Of a stretch of 64,000 nt of DNA, positions 47,547 through 56,413 are shown piece after piece; the first letter of the stretch is position 1, and each line of letters starts with the position of its first letter. The notes beneath the pieces were generated by a model, which saw only the letters and a program-made list of their open reading frames with translations, ran no database searches and was not told the origin of the DNA. A program made the translations under genes and the position numbers. Source of the stretch: Promethearchaeota archaeon (lineage in GTDB: Archaea; Asgardarchaeota; Lokiarchaeia; Sigyniarchaeales; SOKP01); assembly GCA_019058295.1 (NCBI GenBank), contig JAHPZI010000021.1:96001-160000 (forward strand), given 5' to 3'.

Positions 47547-47596
47547 AAATGAATCCTCATCGAATGTCAAAATTGAAAAATTTCTTAGAATTATAA
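47547..47596 (+). repeat. trpG/pabA extreme 3'-end relic including stop codon
   Basis: aaatgaatcctcatcgaatgtcaaaattgaaaaatttcttagaattataa = MNPHRMSKLKNFLEL* versus [15 protein letters not shown]. Confidence 0.7.
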
Positions 47597-47673
47597 ATAT
47601 TAAAATTTCTAACAACTTTTTTAAAATTCAAGCAATTAAGTAGAGAAAAAAATTATTATGAGGTTTAAATAAT

Positions 47674-47949
47674 ATGGAAGTAATAGAATGGGTGTTTATC
47701 ATCTTATCGTTTATTGCTTTTTATTTTTTCATTGGTAAAAAAGCAAGCAAACCCAGTTTTAGGATAATAGGTTTTATTTTATCAGTCATTATTGCAATTC
47801 TTATCACAATTTTTAGTTTTTCCATTGGAGTTTTGAGCCTTGCTTTTATCAACCTTTGTTATGTATTCTTAAATGGATATGGAATATTTAACTGCTTTAA
47901 AGAAATAAAATCAAATCGCCAAAATTTTGAAAAACAGGAAATCAAATAA
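47674..47949 (+). CDS. Small membrane protein (about 3 TM)
   Basis: GAGG RBS; hydrophobic segments. Confidence 0.6.
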   Translation: MEVIEWVFIILSFIAFYFFIGKKASKPSFRIIGFILSVIIAILITIFSFSIGVLSLAFINLCYVFLNGYGIFNCFKEIKSNRQNFEKQEIK

Positions 47950-48142
47950 GTAAAACGTAATTTATCATTTATCATTAAATAACAACCTTTATTTAATGAA
48001 TAAAGGTATAATCTTTTTTTTAAATCATAATCATCATATTTAAAAATAGAATTTTCTGTATAAAGTTAGAAAATTAATTTTTATAAAAATTAGAAAAAAT
48101 AATTGGATTCCCACTAAGCTAATAAAAAAATTCTCTAAAACT

Positions 48143-48916
48143 ATGTCTATAAAGAATTTGGAACAGATTCTTGAAAATGAATTAAATAAAATATATAAAA
48201 GAATTCTTGCTAAAAAAACCGTTAGGATTTGTATATATACTTTTTTTATTATATTTTACCCGGGAATTGTTTTGGCAATTACAATCGCAGATGTATATGG
48301 TCCAGAAGGATATAATATATTTAATAATTATATTAGTGATCTGGGCTCAATTAGATATACTCCTGCTCCATTTATTTTAGATGTTTTATTAATAAGTACC
48401 TCAATATTATTAATTCCTATTTTTCTTTATTTAGAACAAATTATTGTTTCAGGCCCTAATCTTAGTAAAAGATTTTTGAATACTTCAATTTTTATAAAAA
48501 TTTTAGCTAGAATTGGTAAGATCTCCTTTATATTAGGCTCTATTGGGTTGCTGGGTGCTGGTATTTTTAATGAAGACTTTTCACCATTTAATATACACAT
48601 TATTACAGCAATATTTTTTTTTGGAGGTTATTTTATTGGTGCTTTTTCTACTGGATTAATAATTTTATTAAAAAAAGTAATAATCCCAAAAGCGATAGGT
48701 TATATTATGGTATTTAATTCAAGTGGAATTTTTATTTTATATGCATTTATAAAGGTAACATTTATTACCTATTATTTTATTGAATGGTGTCTATTCTTAA
48801 GCATACTTATATGGTTTGTTCCAATTACAATCATAATATTAAGATATCAAGATAAAAGTATTAAAAAAAATTCATTAACAAATAGGGAAAAGAAAAAAAA
48901 TTTCGAATGCAAATAA
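48143..48916 (+). CDS. DUF998-like membrane protein
   Basis: GYNIFNNYISDLGS.RYTP, GIFNED..H, EW. Confidence 0.72.
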   Translation: MSIKNLEQILENELNKIYKRILAKKTVRICIYTFFIIFYPGIVLAITIADVYGPEGYNIFNNYISDLGSIRYTPAPFILDVLLISTSILLIPIFLYLEQIIVSGPNLSKRFLNTSIFIKILARIGKISFILGSIGLLGAGIFNEDFSPFNIHIITAIFFFGGYFIGAFSTGLIILLKKVIIPKAIGYIMVFNSSGIFILYAFIKVTFITYYFIEWCLFLSILIWFVPITIIILRYQDKSIKKNSLTNREKKKNFECK

Positions 48917-48955
48917 TCTATAAAATAGGAAAATATTACAATTCGATTTCGCAAA

Positions 48956-49960
48956 TTAAGATTTTATGAATGAGTTGATTATCTTACTGTGATTATAACT
49001 ACTTCCTATCTTATTTAATGAGGCTCCATTTAGCTGCTGATAAGTTATATTATTTATTTTCATTAACTCATTAATCCTTTTTCTTAAAGTACCTTCAGTA
49101 ATTAGAGCAGCTTCAGATAAATCTTTTTGCAAACTAGTATCTCCATTTATTTTTGAAGATATATAAAGTGCTGCTGCGGTGAATCCTTTTGGATCCTTTC
49201 CTAAAAGTTTAAATTGGTTTTTTTTACTATTTTTTAATATTTTTAAAGCAACATTTCTAGTTTTCATTGATAAGTTTAGATCCTCTTGAATTCTGTCAAT
49301 ATATAGTTCAGGTTCAATGTGCTTAAGTTTAATATCCAAAATGGGAAAAACATTTATATATATAATTTTAAGACTCCTATAGAGATCTTTCTTTGATAGT
49401 TCTGAATCTTGGATAATTTCTTCCAAAAAGATTGGAAGTTCATACAACCGAATTGCACTATATACTGAAGCAGATAATAAACTTAAGATACTTCTCCCTT
49501 TAGTTAATTTTAATTTTAATGCCTGCAGATATATTTTTAAAGCTTCACTTGAAACAAAGCTAGGAAATTTCAATTGGTTTTGTAAACGGTAGAGTATTGG
49601 TAAAGCAATATTTAGATTTCTTTCATATCCATTAATTAAATCCCTATTAATTTTAGCTAATCTTTCATATTTCAGTTTATTTTTAGGTCTTAAATAATTT
49701 CCTAATGCATCTTTATAAGAGGTTAATAGGGTTCTGGGTCCAATTCGGCTATATACACGTTCATTTATTTGTCGATTTTTTTTTTCTTCTTGAGTATGGG
49801 CTCTTATCCCAGAAAGATCTATTATTCTTGAAAAAGTTGTTCCACAATTTGTGCATGTATAGTATCCTTCAGTACTAATAATATTTGGAGCTTCACAGCA
49901 ATTTTCATTCAATTCATCAGAAAAATCTAAATAATTCAATCTAACAGTATTAACAAGCAT
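48956..49960 (-). CDS. tfb: TFB paralogue (second, divergent)
   Basis: CCE...CTNCG ribbon, KGRSI, GKDPKG..AAALY, TEGTLRKR. Confidence 0.88.
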   Translation of the reverse strand: MLVNTVRLNYLDFSDELNENCCEAPNIISTEGYYTCTNCGTTFSRIIDLSGIRAHTQEEKKNRQINERVYSRIGPRTLLTSYKDALGNYLRPKNKLKYERLAKINRDLINGYERNLNIALPILYRLQNQLKFPSFVSSEALKIYLQALKLKLTKGRSILSLLSASVYSAIRLYELPIFLEEIIQDSELSKKDLYRSLKIIYINVFPILDIKLKHIEPELYIDRIQEDLNLSMKTRNVALKILKNSKKNQFKLLGKDPKGFTAAALYISSKINGDTSLQKDLSEAALITEGTLRKRINELMKINNITYQQLNGASLNKIGSSYNHSKIINSFIKS

Positions 49961-49965
49961 TATTC

Positions 49966-50475
49966 TTAAAAATCACCATAAATTTTTTTAGTATTAGAAG
50001 TGCAGATACACCCTCTAAATTTTAAATCCACCGGAAGTATTAAATCATTCAAGATATCTAAAACTATTTCCATTGATACAAAATGAATTATTGGATTAGT
50101 CCTAAAATGATAATTTACAATCATATCAAGCTCTTGGATTTTAGAACCAGCAATTAATATTTGAAAATTTCTCAATCCACTTAATCTGAAGGCATAGATC
50201 ATATGAGGACATCCTTTAATTATTTCAGTTATTTTGTTTGGATATTTTGTTTGAATATTTACATTTGCGAAATAAATATTTGACTTTTTTAAGTTTAATC
50301 CTGCTTGGTAATCTAATATACCAATATCTACTAATTTTTTGATTCTTATTCCTACAGTAGGTTGACTTCTATGGACTTTTTCTGCAATTTCATTGTGAGT
50401 AATATTTGGATCACTCTGAATAATGGTTACTATCATTTGATCAATATCATCAATTTTCATACTTTTATTTAGCAT
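49966..50475 (-). CDS. Lrp/AsnC family transcriptional regulator
   Basis: IDDID..I...Q.DP..T..EIA..V.RSQPTV..RIKKL HTH. Confidence 0.88.
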   Translation of the reverse strand: MLNKSMKIDDIDQMIVTIIQSDPNITHNEIAEKVHRSQPTVGIRIKKLVDIGILDYQAGLNLKKSNIYFANVNIQTKYPNKITEIIKGCPHMIYAFRLSGLRNFQILIAGSKIQELDMIVNYHFRTNPIIHFVSMEIVLDILNDLILPVDLKFRGCICTSNTKKIYGDF

Positions 50476-50505
50476 TCTTTTCTCCTTATAAATGGTTAAT
50501 AAATT

Positions 50506-50697
50506 CTACTTTTCTGAAAGAGAAGCTATATAAATACTATTTGAGAGCTTAAATCGTTCGATTGCCGTGTCCTTTTCCCTTTTTTTAATATTATCAAGAG
50601 GGGTTTTTATGATAAATTCGATATCTTCTAAATAATAGTCGATAAAGTACCTTTTCTTTGTTTTATCAAATTCAATATAGCTTTTCATTAATTTCAT
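50506..50697 (-). CDS. Hypothetical small protein
   Basis: 63-aa ORF co-oriented directly upstream of the Lrp gene. Confidence 0.45.
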   Translation of the reverse strand: MKLMKSYIEFDKTKKRYFIDYYLEDIEFIIKTPLDNIKKREKDTAIERFKLSNSIYIASLSEK

Positions 50698-50737
50698 ATT
50701 TGTTTAAAATTTTTTTTGAGTGTTATTAATAAATTAT

Positions 50738-50783
50738 AATATTACAATATTTAAATATTGCGATTATAAAATATTACAATATT
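50738..50783. promoter_or_regulatory. Duplicated near-palindromic 14-mer AATATTACAATATT, candidate operator
   Basis: Copies at 50738-50751 and 50770-50783 between divergent Lrp/TFB and ArsR/GTPase operons. Confidence 0.4.
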
Positions 50784-50908
50784 GAAAAATTATAAATATT
50801 CAAATTTATATTTAAATAATAGATATTCTGATTATTCATTAAGGAAGAAACTATTATCGTGTTAATTGATCTAATTTAATTATATAAACATACTATAAGT
50901 CTTTAAGA

Positions 50909-51244
50909 ATGAATGAATTAACTAAAGCTACATCAGAGTTTTTAAAAGCATTAAGTGATCCAATTAAATTAGAAATTATTAAATATTTAAAAAATGGTGA
51001 AAAATCAGCTAAAGACATTGAAAATATACTAAAGATTAGTCAATCATATACATCTCAACAATTAAAACAATTAGAGAGAGCAGAGATAATTTTACATAAA
51101 AGAGAAGATGGTATAAAAATGTATTTCATTAAAAACACCAATATTTATCGTGTTATCTCAACAATTAATTCATATATAATTGAACAACATAAAAAGAAAT
51201 TTCAAAAGTTAATAGATTCTGATAATATTGAGAAATTAAAATAA
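50909..51244 (+). CDS. ArsR/SmtB family regulator
   Basis: FLKALSDP.KLEII..L..GE, SQSYTSQQLK.L. Confidence 0.9.
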   Translation: MNELTKATSEFLKALSDPIKLEIIKYLKNGEKSAKDIENILKISQSYTSQQLKQLERAEIILHKREDGIKMYFIKNTNIYRVISTINSYIIEQHKKKFQKLIDSDNIEKLK

Positions 51245-51281
51245 TAAAAAAACCTTAAATCCCCTATTTTTCATATCAATT

Positions 51282-51824
51282 ATGTCGAAAAACATTAGAC
51301 GCCCCTTTAGAAAAATTTTAGTGTTAGGTCTTGACAATAGTGGTAAAACATCAGTAGTGCTTAATTTTATTGGGAAAATTAATTTAACTAATTTTATCAC
51401 TCCAAAAGCAACGGAAAAAGTGAATATTGTTAACTTTGAAAAGGATAATTTTAAATTTGAAATATTGGATTTTGGAGGAAAAGAAGTTTATAGAAATGAA
51501 TTTCTAAAAAAATTTAATGAATATATTACAGATACAAAAGAAATTTTTTATGTAATTGATATTCAGGATTATGAAAGGTATGATCTCGCATTGAATTTTT
51601 TAAAAGAAATAATAAAAAGGTTAAACTCAATTAATTATGAGATAGAATTTACGTTTTTTCTTCATAAATTCGATAATGATATATTTAACCTCACCCCCAA
51701 TATAAATGATGAGCTAATTGATGACTTAGTAGAGAAAATAAAAAATATCGTACCTTCTGACGAATTTAATGAAATTTATAAAAGTACAATATATACTGTT
51801 TTAGATAAAATTCATGTATATTAA
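51282..51824 (+). CDS. Small GTPase, Arf/Rag-like
   Basis: GLDNSGKT, DFGG, YVID, HKFD. Confidence 0.88.
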   Translation: MSKNIRRPFRKILVLGLDNSGKTSVVLNFIGKINLTNFITPKATEKVNIVNFEKDNFKFEILDFGGKEVYRNEFLKKFNEYITDTKEIFYVIDIQDYERYDLALNFLKEIIKRLNSINYEIEFTFFLHKFDNDIFNLTPNINDELIDDLVEKIKNIVPSDEFNEIYKSTIYTVLDKIHVY

Positions 51825-51944
51825 TTTATTTGCTTTATTTTTTTTAATTTTTCTATATTTTTTAACCAATATCTTTAAAAACAATTACTTTTAGTTTAAT
51901 AATGTTAATCAGCGTAATCAAATAATAAAAAAAGATCATATAAG

Positions 51945-53222
51945 ATGTCCCAAAGCCAATCAAACCGTAGAGAAATTAAATTTTTTGATCAAAACAGATT
52001 ATTTAATCATATAAAAAGATTTAGTTTTCCTCGATTAGCAGGAACTAATGGAGAACAAAAAGCTGTTAATCTAACTATTCAGTCCTTTAAAGAGCTGGGA
52101 TTTAAAGAAAATCAAATTATAGAAGAAAATTTTAGATTTTCTACTTTTTATTCTGTCATTCTTATTAAGATAATTATAGTAATGAATATAATTATGATTT
52201 CGCTTTTATTCCTAATAAAATATATTTATCCTTTTCTTATTTTTATAACATCAATATTATTGCTTATTATTTTTTTTTCAGTAATAAAAGTCTTTAAACA
52301 TCCTGAATTAAGGGGTTTCTGGGAAAGGCATTTTGGAAAAATAATTTCTGCCACTAATGTGTATACAAAAGTTCCTGCTATTAATTCATTTAAAGTAGAT
52401 CCTGGTGATATTATCATTTCAGCACATTTAGACTCTAAATCTCAATCATTCAAAACTATTTGGAGAGTAATTTTATTTAGGACGTGGTTATTTAGTGAGA
52501 TTTTACTAATTTTATCTTATATAGCTCTAATAATTGATTTACATAGTGATTTTGAATCATTTATTATAGGAATTCTTACATTTGAAGTAGTGATAGTGGT
52601 TTCAACAGCTTTAGTGATCTCTTCAAATTTTATTTTGTTATTTCTGAATTTAACAAATAAATCATCTGGGGCTTTAGATAATGCTAGTGGAATGGCGATT
52701 GTCTTTGAATTGAGCCGGTACTTTATTGAGAATCCTCTGAATAACTTTACTTTATGGTTCTGTCAATTTTCTGCAGAAGAAATAGGGACGATGGGATCAA
52801 GGAATTTTGTTGATACACATGAATCATATTTTAAAAAGGGTCAAACCTTTCAAATTAATTTTGATATGGTCTCGGCTTCAGATAACAAACGAAATATATT
52901 AGAATTCATCAAATCATATGGTATTTTTCCTCGTAAAAAGATTTCACCTATTCTCCATAAATATATTCAAGAGTCTTCAGAATTGGAAAATATTAATGTT
53001 GATAAGTTTCATGTTTCGGTTGGAGCCCATACTGATTCGATTCCATTTCATCTGAGAAAATTTGACTCGGTTGATTTTACAACCCGAGCTGCAGCAAAAT
53101 ATACTCATAGCACAGAGGATACCCCTGATAAAGTAGATCCTTTAATATTATCTCAGGCAACTAGAATTGCCCGAAGAGTGATATTACTACTTGATAATGA
53201 ATTTAATTTTCAAAAGATTTAA
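51945..53222 (+). CDS. Membrane-bound M28 family peptidase
   Basis: SAHLDS, GALDNASG, AEEIG..GS, NFDMV, HSTED. Confidence 0.88.
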   Translation: MSQSQSNRREIKFFDQNRLFNHIKRFSFPRLAGTNGEQKAVNLTIQSFKELGFKENQIIEENFRFSTFYSVILIKIIIVMNIIMISLLFLIKYIYPFLIFITSILLLIIFFSVIKVFKHPELRGFWERHFGKIISATNVYTKVPAINSFKVDPGDIIISAHLDSKSQSFKTIWRVILFRTWLFSEILLILSYIALIIDLHSDFESFIIGILTFEVVIVVSTALVISSNFILLFLNLTNKSSGALDNASGMAIVFELSRYFIENPLNNFTLWFCQFSAEEIGTMGSRNFVDTHESYFKKGQTFQINFDMVSASDNKRNILEFIKSYGIFPRKKISPILHKYIQESSELENINVDKFHVSVGAHTDSIPFHLRKFDSVDFTTRAAAKYTHSTEDTPDKVDPLILSQATRIARRVILLLDNEFNFQKI

Positions 53223-53269
53223 TCTTTTTTATCAAAACATATATTTTAAATAATTAATAATTTTGCGAG

Positions 53270-53584
53270 ATGGAAAATAATAAAATGAAGAAAGATATTG
53301 AAAATTTGGTTTTAAATTGGTGTGAGAATGATTTATCAGATAGAATTAATAAAGAAATTAAAAAAGGATTTACTGTTTTAGATGCTATTGATAAAGCTTT
53401 CGAAGAATATAACCTTGAAGACGAAATTATATTAAAATATGAACTTGCTGTTGAAAAGAAAAATAATAATAATTCTAAAAATTTAGATTTGACATATAAT
53501 CAAATTAAGAATTTTAAAGAAAAAATAAAAAAAAGAATTTATAATAAATATATAAATCAAATAGATAAAAATTCGAAAAAATAA
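53270..53584 (+). CDS. Hypothetical protein
   Basis: 104-aa ORF with no recognised motif. Confidence 0.5.
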   Translation: MENNKMKKDIENLVLNWCENDLSDRINKEIKKGFTVLDAIDKAFEEYNLEDEIILKYELAVEKKNNNNSKNLDLTYNQIKNFKEKIKKRIYNKYINQIDKNSKK

Positions 53585-53601
53585 TTCTCAAAAACCATAT
53601 T

Positions 53602-56052
53602 TTATATTTTACTTCTTTTATCCAAAATTTTATTGACAAAGACTTTAATGAAATCTGTAATCAAAAAAGCAATAATAGCGTAAATCCAAACAAACAATGC
53701 TAACATCCAACCCATTGCGGGAAGTAAAATTCCATATACAGTGATCAATGTAGCAATAATTTGGGTAGCAACCACTGCTATAAACAAAATTTTTGCTGGT
53801 CTTTTAGTCCAAAAATGCCCTTTTGTTCTTACAACAAAAACAGTTAAATGCCCTGCTACGGATAATTTAAGATATATGAGGGATTGAATAGTTATTTGAT
53901 CTACATGAAAAACCTGTAATCCGATATATAATACGCCAAATGATGAAAATACTCCTATTATCCCCAAAATAGATGCCATAGTTAATACTCTCCTCATATC
54001 CCAAGCTTCAGGACTTTTATTATACTCTACATTGTCATATGCTATAGTCATAATTGCCGCATCATTTAAAATTGCTAATAATACTATCATTAACGCAGTT
54101 ATGGGATAAAATTGAAAAATGATAATAGCTAAAGTTATAAAGATTAAAATTCGTATTGTTTCAGCAATTCGATATGTTGAATAATTTAGCATACGTTGAA
54201 AGATTTTGCGACTTTCTATTGTAGCATCAATTATAACCGAAAGACCAGGTTTTGTAAGAGTAATGTCTGCCGCAGATTTAGCTGCATCAGTAGCATTAGA
54301 TACAGCTATACCTACATCTGCCTTTTTCAGGGCTGGAGCATCATTAACACCATCTCCTGTCATCCCTACTATATGTCCTCTATCTTGAAGTAGTTCTACT
54401 ATATGATATTTGTGTTCTGGAAAAACTTCAGCAAAACCATCAGCGTTTTCAACAAGTTCTATTGTATCTTCATCAGATTTATCCATAATGGACGAAGAGG
54501 GTACTATATTCGTACCTAAATTTACTGTTTTTGCTATTTCTTTAGCAATAGAACTATGATCACCTGTTAACATTTTAACATTTAATCCCATTGCCATAGC
54601 AGTTTTTATTGTTTCTGCTGAATCATCTCGAGGAGGATCATAAAGTGCGATCAGACCAATAAATATCCATGAATCTTCATTATTTTTTGTTTTAGCTACT
54701 CCAAGAGCTCTGTAACCCTTTTCTGCAAATTCATCAACATACTCATTTACTTTATTACTTAAATCTTGTTTATTTGAGGATAATGATAATATTATCTGAG
54801 GGGCTCCTTTAGCAACTTTAAATTTTTTACCATCTTTATCTTTTACTTCGGCCTCTGTACGTTTAATAACTGGGTCAAATGGAGTAAAATTTGCTATAGT
54901 ATACCCATTAATTATTTTTTCAAATCCTTCAATCATTTTTGCTTTATCAATTATCGTATTATCAATTGCATCTTCGTCTTCTTCTCTTGAGGCAAGTGTT
55001 CCATATATTAAGATATCATTACTACTAAAATCATTAAATGAAATCACATTTCCAACTGATAAATCATTTTTAGTTATAGTACCAGTCTTATCAGAACATA
55101 ATATATCAACTCCTGCAAGTTCTTCAATAGCAACTAATTTACTAACAATAGCTTCTTTTTTTGTTAAAGCTACTGCTCCAATTGCCATCGTGACGGATAA
55201 AACAGCAGGTAATGCCACCGGTATTGATGCAACTGTCAGAACTAAAGCAAATTCAAATGTACTGAGAAGATCTGTATTTCGTAAAATTGACACGAGAAAG
55301 ATTATACCTACAAGAATAGCAGCAAAAACCATTAAAAAATTTCCAATTTTCATAACAGCTTTTTGAAAATGAGATCGATTTTTAGCTTCTTCTACAAGTT
55401 TAGTTGTTTTACCGAAATATGTATTCATTCCTGTTGTAACAACTAACCCATCCATTTCACCTTGTTTAACTATGGCTCCAGAATAGCCAATATCAGAAAC
55501 CTTTTTTTCAACAGGTAATGATTCTCCTGTTAATGCAGATTGATCTACTAACAAATAATCTCCTTTAGTTAATTTAACATCAGCAGGAATTATATCTCCT
55601 AATCTAACTCGTATTATATCTCCAGGTACTAAGTCTCTTGCCTCTAATGTTTTCCATTTACCATCACGTTTTACTTTAGCTTTTAAGGCTAAATTTTGTT
55701 TTAAAAGCTCAATTGCATTATCTGCTTTATGTTCTTCCCAAAATCTGACAATTGCGTTTAAGAGTAATAGTGCTAAAATAATCCAAAAATCTGCCCAATG
55801 AGCAATTACTGCTGAAAGGATTACTGCAATTTCAATCATCCATGGAATTGGTCCCCAAAAATTACTTAGAAATTTTATTATTGGGCTAACTTTTTTTTCA
55901 GTTATTTCATTATATCCATATTTCTCATATCTTTTTTCTACTTCAGAATTAGAGAGTCCGCTATCGTTTGATGATAGAATTTTGTATAACTCGTCAATAT
56001 TTGTGTTTTCTAATTCTTCACTTGTAATTGATTCTTGATTCATAAAATCCAC
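53602..56052 (-). CDS. P-type (P3A) H+-exporting ATPase
   Basis: TGESLPV, IPVALP, CSDKTGT, KGAP, TGDGVNDAPAL, ILND...IAYD. Confidence 0.93.
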   Translation of the reverse strand: MDFMNQESITSEELENTNIDELYKILSSNDSGLSNSEVEKRYEKYGYNEITEKKVSPIIKFLSNFWGPIPWMIEIAVILSAVIAHWADFWIILALLLLNAIVRFWEEHKADNAIELLKQNLALKAKVKRDGKWKTLEARDLVPGDIIRVRLGDIIPADVKLTKGDYLLVDQSALTGESLPVEKKVSDIGYSGAIVKQGEMDGLVVTTGMNTYFGKTTKLVEEAKNRSHFQKAVMKIGNFLMVFAAILVGIIFLVSILRNTDLLSTFEFALVLTVASIPVALPAVLSVTMAIGAVALTKKEAIVSKLVAIEELAGVDILCSDKTGTITKNDLSVGNVISFNDFSSNDILIYGTLASREEDEDAIDNTIIDKAKMIEGFEKIINGYTIANFTPFDPVIKRTEAEVKDKDGKKFKVAKGAPQIILSLSSNKQDLSNKVNEYVDEFAEKGYRALGVAKTKNNEDSWIFIGLIALYDPPRDDSAETIKTAMAMGLNVKMLTGDHSSIAKEIAKTVNLGTNIVPSSSIMDKSDEDTIELVENADGFAEVFPEHKYHIVELLQDRGHIVGMTGDGVNDAPALKKADVGIAVSNATDAAKSAADITLTKPGLSVIIDATIESRKIFQRMLNYSTYRIAETIRILIFITLAIIIFQFYPITALMIVLLAILNDAAIMTIAYDNVEYNKSPEAWDMRRVLTMASILGIIGVFSSFGVLYIGLQVFHVDQITIQSLIYLKLSVAGHLTVFVVRTKGHFWTKRPAKILFIAVVATQIIATLITVYGILLPAMGWMLALFVWIYAIIAFLITDFIKVFVNKILDKRSKI

Positions 56053-56413
56053 TTTTTCTTTTATTTAAAGAAATTCAAATTTATAGTAAATTTCTCATGC
56101 ATCTTTGTTTTCAGATTAATTTAAACAAATGGTTTAAATTTTATAAAAAAAAATACAGTTTTACATGTCGAAATTATAAATTTTTATCTATCTCATTTGA
56201 TTTCTAAGCTTTCATTATAATGTCATAATAATAGAACTATATTTACCATATAAAACGATTTAACAAATTTCTCTTAATTATCATATATTAAGTAGAAATC
56301 TAGATTTTATTAACCTTAATTTTAAATATAAAACAAGGTGATTTATTGTAAAAATAATTAAATCAGAAATATTGTTCAAAATAATCTTTATTATAATATA
56401 AATAGGTGCTATA

